Assembly (NCBI GenBank): GCA_965263355.1
Contig: CBDHHL010000032.1
Coordinates: 2,560,001 to 2,624,000 of the forward strand
Source of the DNA: Leptolyngbyaceae cyanobacterium
GTDB lineage: Bacteria; Cyanobacteriota; Cyanobacteriia; Phormidesmidales; Phormidesmidaceae
DNA: 64,000 bases
Reading direction: 5' to 3'
Shown: positions 11,234 to 21,725 of the stretch, one piece after another
How positions within the stretch are numbered: position 1 is the first letter of the stretch
Layout: each line of letters starts with the position of its first letter
Translations under genes and position numbers: made by a program
Notes under the pieces: model-generated
Told to the model about the DNA's origin: nothing
Database searches by the model: none
The model's input: only the letters and a program-made list of their open reading frames with translations

Positions 11234-11980
11234 TTGCTGCTGTGGGCAGCGCTAAGGAGTTCTATGCCTAGCTTTTCCATATTTAGTTTAATCGGTCGTT
11301 TAGCCCCTGTGGGTACAGCCTTATCACTATGGACCATGGCTGTCCCTGGGATGGCTCAGACAATTCTTGAAGAGCAAGTTGAGTTTCAGCCGCAGCAAGA
11401 TACGTATACGTTTATGGCCGATGCAGGTCAAACCGTCATCATTGAGATGATTAGCGAGGAGTTTGATACGTTTATTACGCTATTAAACCCGGCTGGTGAA
11501 ATCCTGGAGCAGAATGACGATTACAACGGTACGTCTCAGGCCACTATCGTTGCAAATTTGCCAGAGAGTGGTGAGTATACTTTGCTGGCTGGGTCATTTT
11601 ATGGACAGCTGGGGGGTAACTATCGGGTTTCTGTAAAACCGGCTACTGACTATCAGTGGGTATATGACCGGGCTTTGGAGTTAATGCAGTCTGAGGACTA
11701 CGGTGAAGCGGCTGAGGCTTACGCAGCGGCCATAAAGCTGCAGCCTAATCAACCAGATTCGTATTTGGGTAGAGCCGATGCCCTATTACGTCAGCAGGCG
11801 CTTTTACTGGGAGAAGAGTTTCGTGGGCCGGATGATTTGTCTGAGGAAACCCGTGCGAACATTGTGGAAAATTACGAAAAAGCAGCTCAGCTCTACACGG
11901 CTAATGGTCAAGGGGATTTTGCTGCCCTGATTCGAGAACAGGCAGAGTTTGTTCGGTCTGGTCAATTGCCTGAACGCTGA
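11234..11980 (+). CDS. PPC (pre-peptidase C-terminal) domain + TPR protein
   Basis: Signal peptide; FDTFITLLNP..NDD..LPESGEY; C-terminal TPR helices. Confidence 0.8.
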   Translation: MLLWAALRSSMPSFSIFSLIGRLAPVGTALSLWTMAVPGMAQTILEEQVEFQPQQDTYTFMADAGQTVIIEMISEEFDTFITLLNPAGEILEQNDDYNGTSQATIVANLPESGEYTLLAGSFYGQLGGNYRVSVKPATDYQWVYDRALELMQSEDYGEAAEAYAAAIKLQPNQPDSYLGRADALLRQQALLLGEEFRGPDDLSEETRANIVENYEKAAQLYTANGQGDFAALIREQAEFVRSGQLPER

Positions 11981-12316
11981 TTGAAGGCCTTGAGGGGATT
12001 GCGCAAAAATTAAATTCTCATTTTTACCATTAATACGCTTCAATTTTTTTAGATTTATGGGAAATTGGCTATTTCTTTACACGATGGTCAAAACTTTCCG
12101 GATGGCCATGGGTCTTTAAGAATGTGTGAATGAGTAGATGAACCTTGACATATCCCTCACAGATAATGCTGGGGGATTTTTTTTGTCGTTAATTACCTCA
12201 AAGTTGAATCCTTGCGAATTACTAGTCGACCGTATTCCCCCCTCACTGCCTGAGCCAAAATTTTGAACTTGACGAATTACTAGTAGTATTGTGGGCAATG
12301 CTGTTGCGCTGATACT

Positions 12317-13291
12317 GTGCCTATGCCTTTATCGTTTGAGCAGGCCAGCCGATATGAACTGTTAAAGTTGGTTAAAGAGTTAACCCACAAGCTAGAGGTG
12401 TCGGAGGCCCAAAAGCATGATTCGGAGATTTTGTTAGATACGGTTGTGGAGCATTCCACTTTATTGGAACATGAGCTTCAGCAGGCGGAACGCCATGTCA
12501 GGGAACTGAACGGGGTTTTAGAAGAACGGGTCAAACAGCGAACGGCAGAATTAGAAGCGGCCAATCGCAATTTAGCGAGGGAAATTGCTGAACGCAAACA
12601 GGCCCAGGAAGAGGCTTTGACCCTAGCTCAACAGGTACTACAACAGCGTTCTTTAACCATTGAACGGATCTATGAGGCGGTGCATAATGGTCCCTTGCAG
12701 GAACTAGCAGTGCTGCTGCGTGCAGATATTAGTTCGTTTTCGGATCAGCAACTGCGATCGCAACTCCAAAAAGTCAACACCGATCTCCGAGGCATTTATC
12801 AATCCATGCGTGGAGCCGTTGATAATCATAATGAAATCCTTTGTTTAGAGGGTGGGTTGACCCTGGATCTCAGCACCGACTTACCTGGCCTGCTATTACA
12901 AACCTTTGAACATACCCTAGAAAGAGACTTTCCAGGGTTTAAGACAATTCTGTTTCAGATTACTCCAGACTTTAGCCCCCTGGCGATAACGTCATTATCC
13001 CTGGACCATAAACGTGGACTCTGTCTCTTTTTGCAGGAGGCCCTGTGCAATGTAGGCAAACATGCCCTGGGCACCACCCGGTTAGACGTGCTCTGTAAAC
13101 AACATCAAGATAGCTATTACCTGGGGATTGTTGACAACGGTCAAGGAATGAGCCTGGATATGGACTCAGGGTCTGATCAGCAAGGAACCCGTCAGGCAAA
13201 ACGGTTGGCTGACAGTCTAGCGGGCACCTTTCAGCGGCGCTGTAATGTGCCTCAAGGCGTGCGATGTGAGTTGGTGTGGCCAGCAGGCTAG
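12317..13291 (+). CDS. sensor histidine kinase (NarX/HisKA_3-like)
   Basis: Coiled coil; AVHNGPLQEL H-box; QEALCNVGKHA N-box; DNGQG. Confidence 0.85.
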   Translation: MPMPLSFEQASRYELLKLVKELTHKLEVSEAQKHDSEILLDTVVEHSTLLEHELQQAERHVRELNGVLEERVKQRTAELEAANRNLAREIAERKQAQEEALTLAQQVLQQRSLTIERIYEAVHNGPLQELAVLLRADISSFSDQQLRSQLQKVNTDLRGIYQSMRGAVDNHNEILCLEGGLTLDLSTDLPGLLLQTFEHTLERDFPGFKTILFQITPDFSPLAITSLSLDHKRGLCLFLQEALCNVGKHALGTTRLDVLCKQHQDSYYLGIVDNGQGMSLDMDSGSDQQGTRQAKRLADSLAGTFQRRCNVPQGVRCELVWPAG

Positions 13292-13365
13292 ATGGGAGGT
13301 TGCCAATGTTGGCAACCTGTTTCCGTCAGGTTTCCTGATTTGGAATATAACTCGATTTTTGGTTC

Positions 13366-13743
13366 GTGATACTAGGTTACATAGCACTCACGACCATCGG
13401 GTATCGCACCATGCAAGACTATCCTTCCTACACACGTCTCAATAGTTACGACCTTAAGGCTCTATCAAATTATCAGCAGAGCCCAACTGTAGCCGTTAGA
13501 CAAGCCGTTAGCCAGTGGCCTGCACAGCAACCTGTTACGGATCTGGCCAAATCAGAGCTGAGGACAAGCAATGTCCATAACGAAATGTCTGGTTCTGTAA
13601 TGGATTGTTTAATGCCCCTTGGTCTGATTATGTTTTTGCTTTTATCTAGCAGCGTATTGTTGGGCTTTACTGCAGATCGATTGGCCCGAGGAATGATTAT
13701 GCTAATAGAGCATCAAGCTAAGCTAGAAGTTGTTGTTCGCTAA
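13366..13743 (+). CDS. hypothetical membrane protein
   Basis: ORF with one C-terminal hydrophobic helix between the kinase and the regulator. Confidence 0.5.
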   Translation: MILGYIALTTIGYRTMQDYPSYTRLNSYDLKALSNYQQSPTVAVRQAVSQWPAQQPVTDLAKSELRTSNVHNEMSGSVMDCLMPLGLIMFLLLSSSVLLGFTADRLARGMIMLIEHQAKLEVVVR

Positions 13744-13857
13744 TCTAAAGTTGATCCTCTAAATAGGGTTGCCTGGTGAGCGTAGAATTTGCTGTTAGTT
13801 TTTTATGGCTAATGGTAATAGCCATTATGGTGGTGCAATCGGTTGCAGGAAACTAGT

Positions 13858-14535
13858 ATGGACTCAGCCAGAGAGATTTCGAATAAGCAAATTTTTTTGG
13901 TCGTTGACGATCATGAAGCGGTCTTGCAAGGTACGGTTCCTGCCCTGCAGAAGGCCTATCCTTGGGCGGATATTTTTACAACCCAGGATTATGAATCAGC
14001 GATGCAGATGATGGCTAAGGTGCAGCCTGAGCTGATGGTGGTTGATCTCAGTATTCCAGAGCGGGCGGGTGAGATGGCCACCCCGGATGTGGGATTGCGG
14101 TTGGTAGAGACATTATTGACTAGCAAGTTAGCCCCTAATATTGCGGTACTGAGTACGGATATTAATCCTCTGGTGCGATTAAAGGCCATTATTAAGGTAT
14201 CGGGGTATGAGGGGGGCTTCGCGGCGATGGATAAGTCGTTGCCGTTGCAGGAAATGCTGAACTATGTTGACTTTGCTATGCGGGGTTCAGTGTATTTGCC
14301 ACAAAAGGTAAAGTCCCGCCCTGAGTTCCATCCCAAATGGCTAGAGCTGCTACAGTTGCGGTTTCAGGAAGGGTTGACGGACAAAGCGGTGGCCAAACGC
14401 ATGGGGACTAGCGATCGCACCATTCGTAACTACTGGGTGCGAATCCAGGATGCATTGCTAATTGGCGATGAACCGGACAAAGACTTAAAGGTACAAATTG
14501 AAATTGAAGCTCGTAAGATCGGGTTGATTCATTAG
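13858..14535 (+). CDS. response regulator, NarL/LuxR-type
   Basis: LVVDDH..VVDLSIP receiver; TDKAVAKRMGTSDRTIRNYW HTH. Confidence 0.9.
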   Translation: MDSAREISNKQIFLVVDDHEAVLQGTVPALQKAYPWADIFTTQDYESAMQMMAKVQPELMVVDLSIPERAGEMATPDVGLRLVETLLTSKLAPNIAVLSTDINPLVRLKAIIKVSGYEGGFAAMDKSLPLQEMLNYVDFAMRGSVYLPQKVKSRPEFHPKWLELLQLRFQEGLTDKAVAKRMGTSDRTIRNYWVRIQDALLIGDEPDKDLKVQIEIEARKIGLIH

Positions 14536-15351
14536 AATCTCGTCTTTGTCTAGGGTAGCGATCAAATGATCAGTCAGTAGTTGGTCCCAATTAGCTATCA
14601 GATATCGAGGCTCCCTTCAAAGGAACTCAGATCTTGCACCTGGCAAAGAAGCGTTACCCTGCCCTGGTTTTTAAACCCAGGGCTAGCTGGTCAAAACCCA
14701 CTAGAAGGGGTTCGTAGCTTGTAGGTGATCCCAATTAGCATGAGTAGTTTTGTCACTTTAGCGACAGCACCCAATTAGCGTTGGGTTTTGAACCCAGCGC
14801 CCAGAATTGGAAGTAAGGACAGATTCTAGACCATTAAACGGTTTGTTTGTATCTTGTAAAAGATTGAGTTCATTTGCTTAATAACCGCTAAACACCCGAG
14901 AGAATCTAAAACTAATCAAAAGATATTTAAGACCATTACCAATACTCAAATATTCAAGCAAAGTTTACTAAGGTTATCAGACCTAATCGAAGATATACAC
15001 GTTTGGCAAGACGAAAAATAAAGACTGAATTAATTAACATTGTCAATTGCTTCAGAAATGTTAATTCCAGAATGCTGGGCATTGATTTCAGTTCAATTTC
15101 AAAAAATGTTAACTTGCCAGAGATTAAGTGTTTGTACGGTTATTAGATATAATCAACTCTTCTTATTCTGAGAATAATTCTTTTTTTAGATTTTACCCTT
15201 AAATTTATTCAATTTTGTGGGTAGTGTTTCATGTGTTGTTTTACATGTATAAAGACTTTTAATTCAAATTAAAAAGAGATTTTTTATCCTGCTATATACA
15301 AATTTTGAGATCCGTAAAAACCCTTATGAACAATACACATAGGAGCCTGCT

Positions 15352-16479
15352 ATGCAAAACTCAGAGGTTGTTGTGCCTCACCTTTCTTCTCAAACACCTT
15401 GCTTGGCCAGCGCCCAGTATCAGCAGACGGATTCAAAAAATATTCTATTGATTGAAGACAAATTGGGCGATGTGTTTTTAATTAATTGGTTCTTGGGCCA
15501 AGAAGTCACACTTATGTTTGAGCTAACTTATGTTGACTCACTCACTGTAGCCATGCAATCTCTCAGTAGAGAGTACTTTGATGTTGTGCTAGTAGATTTA
15601 GAGCTACCGGACAGTCAAGGAATAGATACCTTGCTAAATATACGTAGGAAATATCCTAATATACCCATTGTTGTCCTGGCTGACTCAGAGGATGAGGCAC
15701 TGGCCACTCAGTTGTTGAGGTATGGTGCCCAAGACTATTTGATTAAAGAAAAAATTAGTCAACCTTGGTTGAAGAAAACGATTACACTAGCGATCGCCAG
15801 ATCGCAGTGGGAGAACCAGCAACACCAGCACAAGCAACAGTTGGAACAATCTAATCAAGTCTTAAAAGATGAAATTAGTGATTGCAAGGGTGAGCTTGAT
15901 TCCTTAAGAGAAACGTTGCAAAATCTGTCAACTATCGCCTCAACCGATGGACTGACCGGCATTGCTAATCGTTATTGTTTTGAGAAATATCTGGAGCAAG
16001 AGTGGTTACAAGCCTATCAGACCCAAAAACCGCTCTCGCTAATTATGATCGACCTGGATTATTTTAAGCAATATAACGACAGCTGTGGCCACCTACAAGG
16101 TGATATATGTTTGCGGCAGGTTGCTCAATCTTTTCATAAACGTCTAAAGAAACCAAGAAAATTAATAGCCCGCTATGGAGGCGAAGAGTTTGTAGTAGTT
16201 TTACCTGATACATCTATCCATGAGGCGAGTAGCGTTGCGAGAAATCTAGGATGGGGTATTAGAGCCTTAGCTATTCGTCATCCGAGTTCAGTCATAAGCA
16301 GTTGGGTAACTGCCAGTTTTGGGGTGGCTTCAGCGCTACCAAAATCCCCTATTTCACCTGCCAAGCTAATAGATGAGGCCGATCGCGCCCTATATCTAGC
16401 GAAAGCAAAGGGGCGCGATCTCGTTGCCTATTTTCAACTATCATCTCTTGTCACTCAGCCAATTAGCTGTGCAACCTGA
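15352..16479 (+). CDS. REC-GGDEF diguanylate cyclase
   Basis: LLIED..VDLELPD receiver; DGLTGIANR, DLDYFKQYND, ARYGGEEF. Confidence 0.95.
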   Translation: MQNSEVVVPHLSSQTPCLASAQYQQTDSKNILLIEDKLGDVFLINWFLGQEVTLMFELTYVDSLTVAMQSLSREYFDVVLVDLELPDSQGIDTLLNIRRKYPNIPIVVLADSEDEALATQLLRYGAQDYLIKEKISQPWLKKTITLAIARSQWENQQHQHKQQLEQSNQVLKDEISDCKGELDSLRETLQNLSTIASTDGLTGIANRYCFEKYLEQEWLQAYQTQKPLSLIMIDLDYFKQYNDSCGHLQGDICLRQVAQSFHKRLKKPRKLIARYGGEEFVVVLPDTSIHEASSVARNLGWGIRALAIRHPSSVISSWVTASFGVASALPKSPISPAKLIDEADRALYLAKAKGRDLVAYFQLSSLVTQPISCAT

Positions 16480-16550
16480 AGAAATTGAGATTACCAAGGG
16501 ACGGGACGAGGATCAACGTTAGCCGGGAAATTTCGGTTAGGTCAGAAGTC

Positions 16551-16688
16551 GGCACTGGTTCCGTGTAATGGGAAAAATGCCTGAAAGGCCTATAGAGTAA
16601 CGATTTTAGCGATCTTCTTCTAGATCGGCTGTATCCCTTGCATTACAAGCATTTTGGCTGAATCATCCCATCAGGCGGAACCAGTCCC
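16551..16688. mobile_element. MITE-like element (138 bp)
   Basis: Terminal inverted repeats GGCACTGGTTCCG...CGGAACCAGTCCC; no coding capacity. Confidence 0.6.
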
Positions 16689-16831
16689 TACTTGAGCGAT
16701 CTGGTCGGGTGAGGTACGAGAAGATGTGAGCGGTCTTGGTTGCTTAACCCTATGATGACATCGTATTGTGCAAGTTGCCCTTGACCTTGTAGAACGCAGC
16801 GATGCAGTCTATCGGTTGAAGCTGACTCAGA

Positions 16832-17854
16832 ATGATAGCCATGTCAATCAATGAGAACTATTCGCAAACACTTGACCTGCAGGATGTGACTAAAGCGTCT
16901 ACAGCGTTGGATGGGATCGTTATACGTACGCCGCTACTTGAAAACGCTGATGTCAATGAACAGCTTGGCGGTCGTCTGATGATCAAGGCTGAGTGTGCCC
17001 AGAGAACAGGAGCTTTTAAGATCAGGGGGGCCTATAATCGCATTCGACAGTTGACTCAGGCCGAAAAAGCCCGAGGGGTTATTACCTATTCATCGGGCAA
17101 TCACGCCCAGGGCGTAGCATTGGCCGCTCGACTTCTGGGAACGTCGGCGTTGATCGTCATGCCTGCAGACGTTCCACCCTCCAAAATGGAAGCCACCCAG
17201 GCCCTGGGAGCCAAGATCGTTACCTTTGAACGTGATTATGAAAATAGTGGTGAGGTGGTTGAGCGATTGCGCCGGGAAACTGGGCGGGTCGAGGTGCCAC
17301 CCAGTGGCGATCTACAGGTTTTGGCTGGGGCTGGCACGGTGGCGTTGGAGCTGTATCAGCAGGCACACGGGTTAGACGCAAACCTCGATGCGGTGTTGAT
17401 TCCATGTGGTGGCGGTGGTCTAACGGCTGCGACGGCTATAGTTATGCGTGCTCTCTCGCCGTCAACGCAAGTGTTTGCTGTAGAGCCTGAGCTATTTGAC
17501 GATACTCGCCGTTCGTTAGCGACGGGTCAGCGGGTGACAAACTCAGTTGGGCAACGGACGATTTGTGATGCGATCATGACGCCAACGCCAAATTCTCTGA
17601 CGTTTCCGATCAATCTGGACTTGCTTAGCGGGGGGTTGGTGACCAGCGATGAAGAAGTACGTGCTGCTATGCTGTTTGTCTTTGAGCATTTCAAAATGGT
17701 GGTCGAACCGGGCGGTGCTGTAGGGATCGCGGCGGTCCTGAGTAAACGCATAGACATTACGGGAAAAACAATTGCTACCGTCGCAACTGGTGGGAACATC
17801 GATCCAAATCGGTACTTCAGAATCTTAAAAACTCCTGAATTAGCAAAGGAATAA
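16832..17854 (+). CDS. threonine/serine dehydratase (PLP, fold type II)
   Basis: QRTGAFKIRGA, SSGNHAQG, PCGGGGL, TGGNID. Confidence 0.92.
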   Translation: MIAMSINENYSQTLDLQDVTKASTALDGIVIRTPLLENADVNEQLGGRLMIKAECAQRTGAFKIRGAYNRIRQLTQAEKARGVITYSSGNHAQGVALAARLLGTSALIVMPADVPPSKMEATQALGAKIVTFERDYENSGEVVERLRRETGRVEVPPSGDLQVLAGAGTVALELYQQAHGLDANLDAVLIPCGGGGLTAATAIVMRALSPSTQVFAVEPELFDDTRRSLATGQRVTNSVGQRTICDAIMTPTPNSLTFPINLDLLSGGLVTSDEEVRAAMLFVFEHFKMVVEPGGAVGIAAVLSKRIDITGKTIATVATGGNIDPNRYFRILKTPELAKE

Positions 17855-17858
17855 TGCG

Positions 17859-18521
17859 ATGCTACGCAGATTGATGGCTGAATGGCTAGGAACCTTTACA
17901 TTGTTGGCAACCGTCGTTGGCTCCGGGATTATGGCCGAGCAGCTGGCGGGGGGCAATGTTGCGATCGCGTTACTGGGCAATACAATTCCGACAGGTGCAA
18001 TCCTCATGGTGCTGATTCTGGTGTTTGAATCGATCTCTGGGGCTCATTTTAACCCTGCTGTCACGCTGGTCTTTATGTTGCGCAGGGAAATCTCAGCCAG
18101 GGAATCATCACTATTCGTAGTGGCTCAGGTGATCGGCGGCATTGCGGGGGTATTCGTTGCCCATATTATGTTTGACAATCCATTGATCGATCCTTCAACC
18201 ACTGTGCGCACAGGGCTGGGCCAATGGGTGGGCGAATTTGTCGCCACCTTCGGCCTGATCGGTACGATCCTGGGTTGCGTCAAAGCCCGCCCTGCAGCCG
18301 TGCCCTATGCTGTCGGTCTTTACATTACCGCTGCCTACTGGTTTACCTCGTCGACCTCCTTTGCAAACCCAGCTGTGACCATTGCCCGTGGATTATCTGA
18401 TACCTTCGCCGGGATTCATCCGGCCAACGTAGTGCCATTTATAGTCGTGCAGCTGGTCGCTGCTGTGCTGGCCAATGCTTTTTTTCTTTGGCTGCTGAAT
18501 GAGAAAGGCTCAACTCTCTAA
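17859..18521 (+). CDS. MIP/aquaporin family channel (AqpS-like)
   Basis: SGAHFNPAV and SFANPAVT motifs; six hydrophobic helices. Confidence 0.92.
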   Translation: MLRRLMAEWLGTFTLLATVVGSGIMAEQLAGGNVAIALLGNTIPTGAILMVLILVFESISGAHFNPAVTLVFMLRREISARESSLFVVAQVIGGIAGVFVAHIMFDNPLIDPSTTVRTGLGQWVGEFVATFGLIGTILGCVKARPAAVPYAVGLYITAAYWFTSSTSFANPAVTIARGLSDTFAGIHPANVVPFIVVQLVAAVLANAFFLWLLNEKGSTL

Positions 18522-18610
18522 CCATAGAAACAAATATGCGATTTACAGGCTAAAAGCAGTCCAGTGGAATGAGGCAACTGGTACCCACGGGGCATGCAGT
18601 TAAACCAGTT

Positions 18611-18864
18611 AGGTTAAACTTTCTGGATAACTCCGAGCCTGGGGGTATTATCCAGAAACTTTCTGGGTTATTTGCTTATAGGGGAATGGCCCTGACGTAA
18701 GCATAAATCAGTGGCTGAAACCCTTGGAAATTAGTGCTCTGTCATGTCAATCTTGACCTTATGTCAGCGCCATTCGCTTATAGGGTGTTTATCCAGAAAG
18801 TTTCTGGATAACTCCGGCTGGAAGGTATTTATCCAGACAAAGTCTGGATAAACGATAGTTAGCT
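18611..18864 (+). other. array-head element with attI-like simple site (copy 1)
   Basis: Repeated TTATCCAGA-N5-TCTGGATAA palindromes ending in GGATAAA-cgata-GTTAGCT; near-identical inverted copy at 56917-57068. Confidence 0.6.
18684..18775. mobile_element. 92-bp MITE with 10-bp target duplication
   Basis: TIRs GAATGGCCCTGACGTAAG / CTTATGTCAGCGCCATTC; GCTTATAGGG duplicated at 18674-18683 and 18776-18785; empty site visible in the copy near 56995. Confidence 0.85.
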
Positions 18865-18941
18865 CGCGACATCCGGCTCCATACTATAGATTTCAATTAT
18901 GCAAAAGCATACTTTTCAATGAAAAGGAGATTTTACTTTCC

Positions 18942-19859
18942 ATGAAAAAACGAGGAGTTATTGTTGGCCCTTCTCTCAAAAGAAATTCATTTGACGCAGC
19001 CGTGCCAAAAGAAGAGCTAAATAAGTTATTGCTTTATTGGGATAAAATTTCATATCCAAATTTATGCATTGGGAATCCTAACCCGATGATGATGAGTGTG
19101 AATCTGAAAGCGGCTACACATATGCAGCTACTGGTTGATGCGGGATTTCTTTCAGTTGACGATGTCGAAGTTGACCCAGCAACTGTTTTTCCTGATTTCT
19201 GGAGGACTGGAACAATTACAGTTAGTCATCCTCAGGACTTGCTAAAACTCAACGTAATAGGCCAGATTGAGCTTGCAAAAGAACGTCTAAAAAACGGAGA
19301 AATATGGAGTATTGCTCAAACCGGTTTATCTTTAAGCTTCCCTTCTAAACAGCAAGAGGTATCTAATTACCTTACGGAATTATCCTTGCATAATTGCTTG
19401 CCTGCACCGACTCCGGATACATCGACTGAGAAGATTGTTGAGTTTAAGGAAGCTAGAGCTGACGAGCTATTACAACTACGAGAGACTATAGAATCTTTCA
19501 GAAGTGCTATACTAAATTCACAAGAACCAGAGAGAGAAATTGCTCTGATAGGTGAAGAAATCAGCAATTCCCTTGTGACCTTGCATCGTGTGCTAGATGA
19601 AAAGAAAATCGAGCATTTCTTTGAGACATTAAAGGTATATCTGGATATTAAGCCAAATGATTTGGTCACAATTGGGGCAGGGTTACTGCTCACTGGCACA
19701 GGTATTCCAATACAAGCTGGTGCTGCCATTGGATTGAGGGCTAATGTGCTTATCAAAGCGGCTGAAAGGTTAATCGTTGGTGTAGAAAGAGTTCCTGAGG
19801 AGTTAAGAGGATATATGTATTTGTATGAGGCGCAAAAACAAGGAGTAGTTTCTAGATAG
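18942..19859 (+). CDS. DUF6236-like hypothetical protein (cassette gene)
   Basis: LLYWDKI...IVEFKEARADELLQLR pattern; AT-rich; directly after the GTTAGCT core. Confidence 0.6.
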   Translation: MKKRGVIVGPSLKRNSFDAAVPKEELNKLLLYWDKISYPNLCIGNPNPMMMSVNLKAATHMQLLVDAGFLSVDDVEVDPATVFPDFWRTGTITVSHPQDLLKLNVIGQIELAKERLKNGEIWSIAQTGLSLSFPSKQQEVSNYLTELSLHNCLPAPTPDTSTEKIVEFKEARADELLQLRETIESFRSAILNSQEPEREIALIGEEISNSLVTLHRVLDEKKIEHFFETLKVYLDIKPNDLVTIGAGLLLTGTGIPIQAGAAIGLRANVLIKAAERLIVGVERVPEELRGYMYLYEAQKQGVVSR

Positions 19860-20019
19860 GGCAGACGTTGTCATTGATCCCAGCAATTCCAAATTCAAAA
19901 AAGTTTACGTCACAGCCATCAGCTAGTCGTTCCGGAGTTAAAGAGTGTAACCTCCAGCTAACTAACTGTAGCTGTAGCCTCCTAGAAACCTGTAAAATTG
20001 ACTTAAGGAGGAGGAAAAA

Positions 20020-20247
20020 ATGAGCTTATCCATCATTGATCAAGTCATTGAACAGTTAAGTAATATGCCGCAGTCCTTACAGCAGCAAGTTCTTCAATTT
20101 GCTCGTATGTTAGGCCAAGTTAGAGTTCAAGGTACACCTAGCCACAAGCTGCTTAAGTTTGCTGGTTGTATCCAATCGGATGATCTAACCCTGATGCATG
20201 ATGCTATTGAGGAAGGTTGCGAACAGATAGACTTGAATGAGTGGTAG
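20020..20247 (+). CDS. antitoxin (VapB-like)
   Basis: 75-aa ORF overlapping the PIN toxin start; strong RBS. Confidence 0.8.
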   Translation: MSLSIIDQVIEQLSNMPQSLQQQVLQFARMLGQVRVQGTPSHKLLKFAGCIQSDDLTLMHDAIEEGCEQIDLNEW

Positions 20248-20626
20248 CTATTTACTCGATACCAATATCATCATTGGTCTATTTGCTGGGCAAGCATCGA
20301 TTATTAACCATCTTCAGCAATCTGATGAAATTTTTATCCCCAGCATTGCCCTTGGAGAGCTACATTATGGTGCGCGGAAGTCTGGGCGAGTTCAGCAAAA
20401 TCTAGAACGGATTGAAGAGTTTGTTGCAGATGTCACTGTTATTGACTGTGATGTTGCTACCGCTCGACAGTACGGTGACGTTAAGAATCGATTGAGAGTA
20501 AAAGGACGTCCACTACCGGAAAATGACATTTGGATCGCAGCACTGGCTCTACAGTATGATTTAGTATTGGTTACGCGCGATGCACATTTTCAGCATGTGG
20601 AAGGTTTGCAAACCGTTCGATGGTAA
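20237..20626 (+). CDS. VapC family PIN toxin
   Basis: YLLDTNII..GELHYGA..ENDIWIAALA..LVTRDAHF. Confidence 0.95.
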   Translation: MSGSYLLDTNIIIGLFAGQASIINHLQQSDEIFIPSIALGELHYGARKSGRVQQNLERIEEFVADVTVIDCDVATARQYGDVKNRLRVKGRPLPENDIWIAALALQYDLVLVTRDAHFQHVEGLQTVRW

Positions 20627-20639
20627 TTTGCGACAAGCC

Positions 20640-20723
20640 AGCTAACACTGCGTTGCAACGGCGGAGCATAAGCGGTTGATCAAACGCTAAAGTTACTACC
20701 GCCGTTGAACTTCACCGTTAGAG
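20640..20723 (+). other. attC-like recombination site
   Basis: AGCTAAC-actgc-GTTGCAACGGCGG...CCGCCGTTGAAC-ttcacc-GTTAGAG; inverted L boxes with one extra base. Confidence 0.85.
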
Positions 20724-21368
20724 ATTTTCCGAATTTCTCGAGAAATAAGTTTGCAAGTAACTTAGTGTTAACCGTTTAGTTTCAGACACCAAGCGTTGTC
20801 GAAACTTAGTCTCTTGTCCCAGGGAAAGCCACAGAAGCGTCCCAATTGTTTTGACAAGCACGAAGGCGATCGCATGGCAGTCCGATTCTGTTAAAGTTGC
20901 ATCCCATCGAGCGTGCTCACGAGTCCAATCCTCGATGAGCTGGGTATCTAATGCTTCTTCCATCCGTTCGAGTTCTGGCAAAGCCCCTTGGGCTTGGGTA
21001 AAGATGGCGTGATAGCCCGGATGCTCTGCGTAGAAGCGTTCGATCGCATCTACAAGCTCCTCCACGTAATCGGGCAAAGAAATGGGTAAGTCTCTCCCAG
21101 TTGCTGAGGTTAATAAATGTTCGCGTAGGAGCTCCCCATATCGCTCGGCAAGTGCGTACAGTATGGCGGTCTTGTCTGGAAAAAATTGGTAGAGCGTACC
21201 GATGGGAACCTGCGCACGAGCTGCAATTGCATTGGTGGTAGCGGCAGTATAGCCTCCTTCAATGAGAAGTTGCTCAGCAGCATCCAGTATTCGATTAACC
21301 CGTTCTCGACTGCGGGCCTGCCTGGGCTTACGACGCATTTTTGGGGGCTGTGAGGCAGATTCCGTCAT
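20718..21368 (-). CDS. TetR/AcrR family regulator
   Basis: PRQARSRERVNRILDAA..TTNAIAARAQVPIGTLYQFFPDK; likely start ATG 21368. Confidence 0.93.
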   Translation of the reverse strand: MTESASQPPKMRRKPRQARSRERVNRILDAAEQLLIEGGYTAATTNAIAARAQVPIGTLYQFFPDKTAILYALAERYGELLREHLLTSATGRDLPISLPDYVEELVDAIERFYAEHPGYHAIFTQAQGALPELERMEEALDTQLIEDWTREHARWDATLTESDCHAIAFVLVKTIGTLLWLSLGQETKFRQRLVSETKRLTLSYLQTYFSRNSENL

Positions 21369-21452
21369 TCTCAAATTGACTCCATTTGGATTCTTACGGG
21401 AATTAATCCCGCATCTGTTGACAAACCCTAATCTCTTATTGTAGTTTGATGC

Positions 21453-21476
21453 AAACATGAGTTTTTACTCATGTTT
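21453..21476. promoter_or_regulatory. putative TetR operator
   Basis: AAACATGAGT-tttt-ACTCATGTTT perfect inverted repeat in the divergent promoter region. Confidence 0.65.
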
Positions 21477-21725
21477 AGACTGTAGCTACAAATTATGGAG
21501 TTAAGCCTCTAGGGGCGTCCCAAATGACTAAAAGTGATTTCTCATGGCCAACCGACCAAAGGTCAATGGTTCCGTTGGCTAAGAAGAATCGCTGAAATCC
21601 CCAAGCAGCCTAAGTTTGGGTTGTCTGGGGCAAGAAATTCTGAAACCTCTTCTGGGAGAGGTTTACAGCCATTTTGTCTCACGCAACTGAACCAATCTGA
21701 CTGAAGAACCTTACAGGAAAAAGCA

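Noticed and set aside
19900..19980. attC between the DUF6236-like gene and vapB
   Set aside because: CAGCTAAC is present but no paired L boxes or right core could be found.
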